64,000 nucleotides of DNA, taken from an uncultured Thermoleophilia bacterium (GTDB lineage Bacteria; Actinomycetota; Thermoleophilia; UBA2241). Within the stretch, counting starts at the first letter, position 1. Each line of letters opens with the position of its first letter. Location of the stretch: the NCBI GenBank assembly GCA_963702475.1, contig CAVPCT010000003.1, positions 896,001 through 960,000 on the forward strand. Reading direction: 5' to 3'. Below are positions 59,379-64,000 of this stretch, piece after piece. Below the pieces are notes generated by a model. It saw only the letters and a program-made list of their open reading frames with translations. It did no database searches and was not told the origin of the DNA. The position numbers and the translations under genes are program-made.

Positions 59379-60246
59379 CGTGATCGCGGCCGTGGGTGTG
59401 GCCCGCGGTCAGGGTCCCGGCGCCAGCTCCGTCTCGCTGCAGGTCAAGGCCACCCGGAGCTGTCTGCGCCGCGCGGCCGTCCAGGCCTGTGACGTCGGCG
59501 TGCTCATCAACGCCGGTGTGTACCGCGATCGCAACATCGTGGAGCCGGCTACCGCCACGTTCATCCAGCGCAAGATCGGCGCCAACGTCGCGCTCAACGG
59601 CTCGCCCGGCACGTTCTCGTTCGACATCGACAGCGGCGGGTGCGGGCTCCTCACCGGGTGCATGCTGGCGGACGGGTTCCTCCGTTCGGACCCAGGCCGC
59701 TACGGCCTCGTGGTGGCCGGCGACGCCGAGCCGGTCCCCGGGCGCAGCGAGGGGTTCGCGTACGACCCCGCCGCCGCCGCCGTCCTGCTCGCCGCCGGGC
59801 CGGACGACGCCGGCTTCCTCCTGTTCCACAGCGACGTGGCCGAGACCGGCCTGGGCTCGTACAGCGGGCACATCGAGTGGGAGGCCAACCGCTACCGGCT
59901 GGTCATGCGACAGTCCGGCTCCTATGCCGACGAGTGCCTCGCGGCGGCGCTCGACAGCTTCGCCGAGCTGCTTCGCCGCGCGGAGCTCGAGCCGCCGGAC
60001 GTGGACCTGCTCATCCCCTCCCAGAGCCCGCCGCGCTTCACCCAGCTCCTGCGCAAGGCGACCGGTCTGGGCTCGAGAGTCGTGGACGTCACCCGTGAGT
60101 ACGGCAACGTGCACACCGCCGGGCCGGGGATGGCGCTCGCGCACGCGCTGCGCGAACGCCGGCTCGGACCCGGGGCGCGCGTCGTGTTCCTCACCGTCGG
60201 CGCGGGCGTCGCCACCTGCCTCGCGCTGTACAGGGTCCCGGCCTGA
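59371..60246 (+). CDS. Second FabH/OleA-like thiolase-fold protein, catalytically degenerate
   Basis: NAGVYRD.NIVEPA.A..IQ, FDIDSGGCGLLTG, IPSQS, YGNVHT, VGAG. Confidence 0.8.
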   Translation: MGSVIAAVGVARGQGPGASSVSLQVKATRSCLRRAAVQACDVGVLINAGVYRDRNIVEPATATFIQRKIGANVALNGSPGTFSFDIDSGGCGLLTGCMLADGFLRSDPGRYGLVVAGDAEPVPGRSEGFAYDPAAAAVLLAAGPDDAGFLLFHSDVAETGLGSYSGHIEWEANRYRLVMRQSGSYADECLAAALDSFAELLRRAELEPPDVDLLIPSQSPPRFTQLLRKATGLGSRVVDVTREYGNVHTAGPGMALAHALRERRLGPGARVVFLTVGAGVATCLALYRVPA

Positions 60247-60262
60247 GGGCGGTCGCGCGTAC

Positions 60263-61293
60263 GTGACCGCGTCGTCCGCAGGCCGGGGCGTCCTCACCGG
60301 CGACGCCCAGGGGGCGCCGTCCCGCCTCCACGCGAGGGGCGTCGATCCGGCTCTGTACCCGTTCGCGTCACACTGGTTCCGCCGCGGCCGGCTGCAGATG
60401 CACTACCTCGACGAGGGCGACGGGGACCCCGTGGTGTGCGTGCACGGCAACCCGACGTGGTCGTTCTTCTTCCGCGAGGTGGTCAAGGCCCTCGCGCCAC
60501 AGCACCGCGTGGTGGTCCCCGACCACATGGGGTTCGGCCTGTCGTCGCGGCCCGGAGACCGTGAGTTCACCTTCACCCTGCGAAGCCACGTGGACAACCT
60601 GGAGGCGCTGCTCGACGAGCTCGGCCTCACCCGCAACGTCACGCTGGTCCTGCACGATTGGGGAGGGATGTTCGGCATGGGCGTGGCCTGTCGCCGGCCG
60701 GAGCGTATCTCCCGTATCGTTGCCCTCAACACCGCCGCGTTCCTCATGCCCCCGGGCAAGCGCCTGCCGCTCAGCCTGCACTTCGTGAAGAGCGTGCCGG
60801 TCGTCCCGGAGCTGCTCGTGCGCCGCTTCAACCTTTCGCGCGCACGGCCGCCGGGTGGCCGTCACCCGGCCCATGCCGGCAGCCGTGAGGCGCGCCTACG
60901 TCGACCCCTACACGGGTGGCGCGCCGGTCTCGCGACCCTGCGCTCGTGCAGGACATCCCGCTCTCGCCGCGCGACCGCAGCTACGCCACGGGCGCGTGGA
61001 TCGCCGACAACGTCGGGCAGTTCCGCGACCGTCCGATGCTCGTCTGCTGGGGCGAGGGGACTGGGTGTTCGATCACGCCGTCTACGCCGAGTGGCGAGGC
61101 CGCTTTCCCGGCGCGGAGGTACCACACCTTTCCCGGCGCCGGCCACTACGTGCTCGAAGACGCCTCCGGGCCCATCGTCGAGCTCATCCGCGCCTTTCTG
61201 GCGCGGACGGCGGCACCGGCGGCCCGGGCGCCGGAGGAGGCCGGCCGCGCTGCGGCGCGGGATGCCTACGCTGCGCGGGAGGGCGAGCCGTGA
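60263..61293 (+). CDS. oleB: Haloalkane-dehalogenase-like alpha/beta hydrolase (OleB beta-lactone decarboxylase-like), frameshifted in 60830-61130
   Basis: YPF..HWF, MHYLDEG, HGNPTWSF, DHMGFGLS, HDWGG, LNTAAF, QDIPL, AGHYVLED. Confidence 0.75.
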
Positions 61294-62969
61294 CGCCCGA
61301 CCCGCTAGCCGCGGCCGTCACCACCAACCTCGGCGAGCACCTCTCCCGGGTCGCGGAGCGGCTGCCGGACAAGCCGGCCGTCGTGTGCCTCAAGGGCTCA
61401 GGGGCCCGGCTCGTCTGCACCAGCCGCACCTTCCGCGACCTGGACCGGGCGGCGGACCGGCTGGCGCACGCCTTCGTCCGCCGCGGCATCGGCAAGGGCG
61501 TGCGCACCATCCTGATGGTGCGGCCTTCGTTCGAGCTGTTCGCCGTCACGTTGGCGCTGCTGCGCACGGGTGCCGTGCCGGTGATGATCGACCCGGGCAT
61601 GGGTCGCCAGAGACTCGTCGACAACCTCTCGAGCGTGGAGGCCGGGGCGTACATCGGCATCCCGCTCGCCCAGGCGCTGCGCGTGCTGTCACCGGGCCGC
61701 TTCTCCACCGTGCGGACCGCCGTGACGGTGGGCCGCCGGCTGTCCTGGGGCGGCCCCACACTGCTCCAGTTGCTGCGCAGCGAGCCGTGGCGGCCGTTCG
61801 CGCCCGAGCCGTCGCGGCCGGACGACGTGGCCGCCGTCTTCTTCACGTCGGGCAGCACGGGCCCGCCCAAGGGCGTGGTGTACGAGCACGGCATGTTCGA
61901 CACGATGGCCGGCTACCTGCACACCCACTTCGGCTACGGGGAGGGCGACGTGGACCTGGCCACGTTCCCGATCTTCTCGCTGCTGGACGTGGTCCTCGGC
62001 ATCACCTCGGTCATCCCCGACATGGACCCGACCAAGCCGGGCAGGGCCGATCCCGCCATGATCGCCGAGGCGGTCAGGACCCAGGGATGCACGAGCATGT
62101 ACGCCTCGCCGGCTCTCCTCGAGAACCTGGCCCGCTGGGGCCGCGAGACCGGGACAAGGCTCCCGACCCTGCGCCGCATCGTGACCGCCGGGGCTCCGGC
62201 CCGTCCGGACCTGCTGGAGGCCCTGCACTCCCTGCTGCCGGTGGACTCTGTCATCTCGACGCCGTACGGCGCCACCGAGGTCCTGCCGGTGAGCACCATC
62301 GACAGCCGCGAGATCCTCACCCAGACGCGCCGCCTCACCGAGGCCGGCGCCGGCATGTGCGTGGGCAGACCGATGCGCGGCGTGGACGTCGCCATCATCG
62401 GCATCACCGACGACGCGATCGGCGCGTGGGACCAGGCCGAGCAGCTGCCGCGCGGCGCGATCGGCGAGATCGCCGTGCACGGCGCCAACGTCACCAAGGA
62501 GTACTTCCGCCGGCCCGAGGCCACTCGGCTGGCCAAGATCCCGGTCACGCCGGGCTCCACCGACGTGTGGCACCGTATGGGCGATGTCGGGCACGTCGAC
62601 GAGCAGGGCCGCCTGTGGTTCTGCGGGCGCATGGCCCACCGCGTGGAGACGGCCGCGGGGACGCTCTTCAGCATCCCGTGCGAGGCCGTCTTCAACGCCC
62701 ACCCCGGCGTGCGGCGCACTGCCCTGGTGGGCGTGGGTCCCCGCGGCGCGCAGCGGCCGGTCATCGTCGTCGAGCTGAAGAGGGACGACGACGGCGCCGA
62801 CCGGCGGCGGCTCAAGGACGGACTGCTCGCGCTGGGCGCACAGCACGAGCACACAGCGGGTATCCGCGACGTGCTCTACCACCGCGGGTTCCCCGTGGAC
62901 GTGCGCCACAACGCCAAGATCCGCCGCGAGGAGCTCGCCGTGTGGGCCGCCCGGGAGCTCGGGGTCTGA
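61290..62969 (+). CDS. oleC: AMP-dependent ligase (OleC beta-lactone synthetase-like)
   Basis: IDPGMG, FTSGSTGPPKGV.Y.H, DLATFP.F.L, TPYGATEVLPV, WHRMGD, FCGR..HRV, FPVDVRHNAKI.RE.L. Confidence 0.85.
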   Translation: MTPDPLAAAVTTNLGEHLSRVAERLPDKPAVVCLKGSGARLVCTSRTFRDLDRAADRLAHAFVRRGIGKGVRTILMVRPSFELFAVTLALLRTGAVPVMIDPGMGRQRLVDNLSSVEAGAYIGIPLAQALRVLSPGRFSTVRTAVTVGRRLSWGGPTLLQLLRSEPWRPFAPEPSRPDDVAAVFFTSGSTGPPKGVVYEHGMFDTMAGYLHTHFGYGEGDVDLATFPIFSLLDVVLGITSVIPDMDPTKPGRADPAMIAEAVRTQGCTSMYASPALLENLARWGRETGTRLPTLRRIVTAGAPARPDLLEALHSLLPVDSVISTPYGATEVLPVSTIDSREILTQTRRLTEAGAGMCVGRPMRGVDVAIIGITDDAIGAWDQAEQLPRGAIGEIAVHGANVTKEYFRRPEATRLAKIPVTPGSTDVWHRMGDVGHVDEQGRLWFCGRMAHRVETAAGTLFSIPCEAVFNAHPGVRRTALVGVGPRGAQRPVIVVELKRDDDGADRRRLKDGLLALGAQHEHTAGIRDVLYHRGFPVDVRHNAKIRREELAVWAARELGV

Positions 62970-62994
62970 TGGCCACCCGGGATCTCGGCGTCTG

Positions 62995-64000
62995 ATGCGG
63001 ACGCGGCCGGACGTGCTCGTCACCGGCGGCGGCGGCTTCCTCGGCCGCGCGCTGGTGCGCGGCCTGCTCGCACAGGGTCACAGGGTGCGCAGCTTCTCGC
63101 GCGGCGCGTATCCCGACCTCGAGGCGCTCGGCGTGGAGGTGCTGCGCGGCGACCTCGTGGATGCCGCCGCGGTGCGCCGCGCGTGCGCCGGCTGCGAGGT
63201 GGTCTTCCACAACGCCGCCCGGGCGGCGGTGTGGGGCCGGTACGACGCGTTCGCCGGCCCCAACGTCGCCGGCACGCGCAACGTGCTTGAAGCGTGCCGG
63301 GCCGAGGGCGTGCCGCGCCTGGTGTTCACGAGCACGGCGAGCGTGGTGTTCGGGCGCGAGGATATCCGCGGCGGGGACGAGTCCCTTGCGTACCCCCGCC
63401 GCCCGGCCTCGCCGTACGCCGCCACCAAGGCCGAGGCCGAGCGCATGGTGCTGGCCGCCGATGGTCCGGGGTTGCGGACCGTCGCCCTGCGCCCGCACCT
63501 CATCTGGGGGCCGGGCGACACCCAGATCGTGCCGCGCATCATCGCCCAGGCGCGGGCCGGCAGGGTGTTCCGCGTGGGTGACGGCACCAACGTCGTGGAC
63601 ACCACGTACATCGACAACGCCGTGGACGCGCACCTGCTGGCGGCGCGCGCCCTGCTCGGCGGCTCGCGCGCCGCGGGCCGCGCCTACTTCATCAGCAACG
63701 GCGAGCCGGCCAACCTGTGGCTGCTCATCGACCGCATCCTGGCCGAGGCCGGCCTGCCCCCGGTCGAGCGCTCCGTCCCGGCGCCGCTGGCCGTCGGCCT
63801 CGGCGCCGCCGTTGGCGCGCTGCACGAATGGCTCCGCCGGCCCGGCGAGCCGCGCCTCACGCGCTTTCTCGTCGAGGAGCTCTGCACCTCGCACTGGTTC
63901 GACATCGGGGCCGCCCGGCGCGACCTCGGGTACGTGCCGGCGGTGAGCCTCGAGGAGGGCCTGCGGCGGCTCGGGGAGTCGCTCAGAGCCGGCGGCGGGG
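62995..64000 (+). CDS. oleD: NAD-dependent epimerase/3-beta-HSD family reductase (OleD-like); no stop seen before the window end
   Basis: VLVTGGGGFLG, FH.AA....WG, YAATKA.AE, LRPHLIWGPGD, YIDNA..AH, HWFDI..A.RDLGY.P. Confidence 0.82.
   Translation, partial: MRTRPDVLVTGGGGFLGRALVRGLLAQGHRVRSFSRGAYPDLEALGVEVLRGDLVDAAAVRRACAGCEVVFHNAARAAVWGRYDAFAGPNVAGTRNVLEACRAEGVPRLVFTSTASVVFGREDIRGGDESLAYPRRPASPYAATKAEAERMVLAADGPGLRTVALRPHLIWGPGDTQIVPRIIAQARAGRVFRVGDGTNVVDTTYIDNAVDAHLLAARALLGGSRAAGRAYFISNGEPANLWLLIDRILAEAGLPPVERSVPAPLAVGLGAAVGALHEWLRRPGEPRLTRFLVEELCTSHWFDIGAARRDLGYVPAVSLEEGLRRLGESLRAGGG

Noticed and set aside
59396-62995. 1199-aa ORF suggesting a large fusion protein
   Set aside because: Only the 60263-60835 part is coding (OleB N-terminus); the rest is off-frame read-through.

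Overview
A very GC-rich bacterial window. Its gene content (ftsEX-envC-ctpA-rnr-smpB, PIG-V-like glycosyltransferase, Xre/RES toxin-antitoxin, 2-oxoacid:ferredoxin oxidoreductase) suggests an anaerobic or facultative Actinomycetota lineage such as Thermoleophilia; this taxonomy is inferred. 1-44 kb holds mostly intact metabolic and envelope genes: a RES-Xre TA pair, a Vor-type oxidoreductase operon, a two-finger C2H2 zinc-finger protein, a radical SAM/GMC operon, a Fic-nucleotidyltransferase fusion, a PDZ-less HtrA with a (SDPY)n tail, a 51-bp tandem hairpin repeat and the ftsEX-smpB core block. tRNA-Arg(CCG) at 44574 is followed by an island-like region (about 44.7-56.3 kb) with duplicated gene scars, a second radical SAM gene, and a heavily frameshifted DHH / mevalonate-kinase-like / HAD / ABC-importer block. 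Many of these frameshifts look like long-read deletion errors. The window ends in an oleABCD-like (olefin/beta-lactone) operon that has two FabH/OleA paralogs, one lacking its catalytic Cys and His, next to a divergent ABC exporter. No CRISPR array, rRNA, integrase or transposase was seen. All product calls come from motif recognition by eye; no database searches were run.
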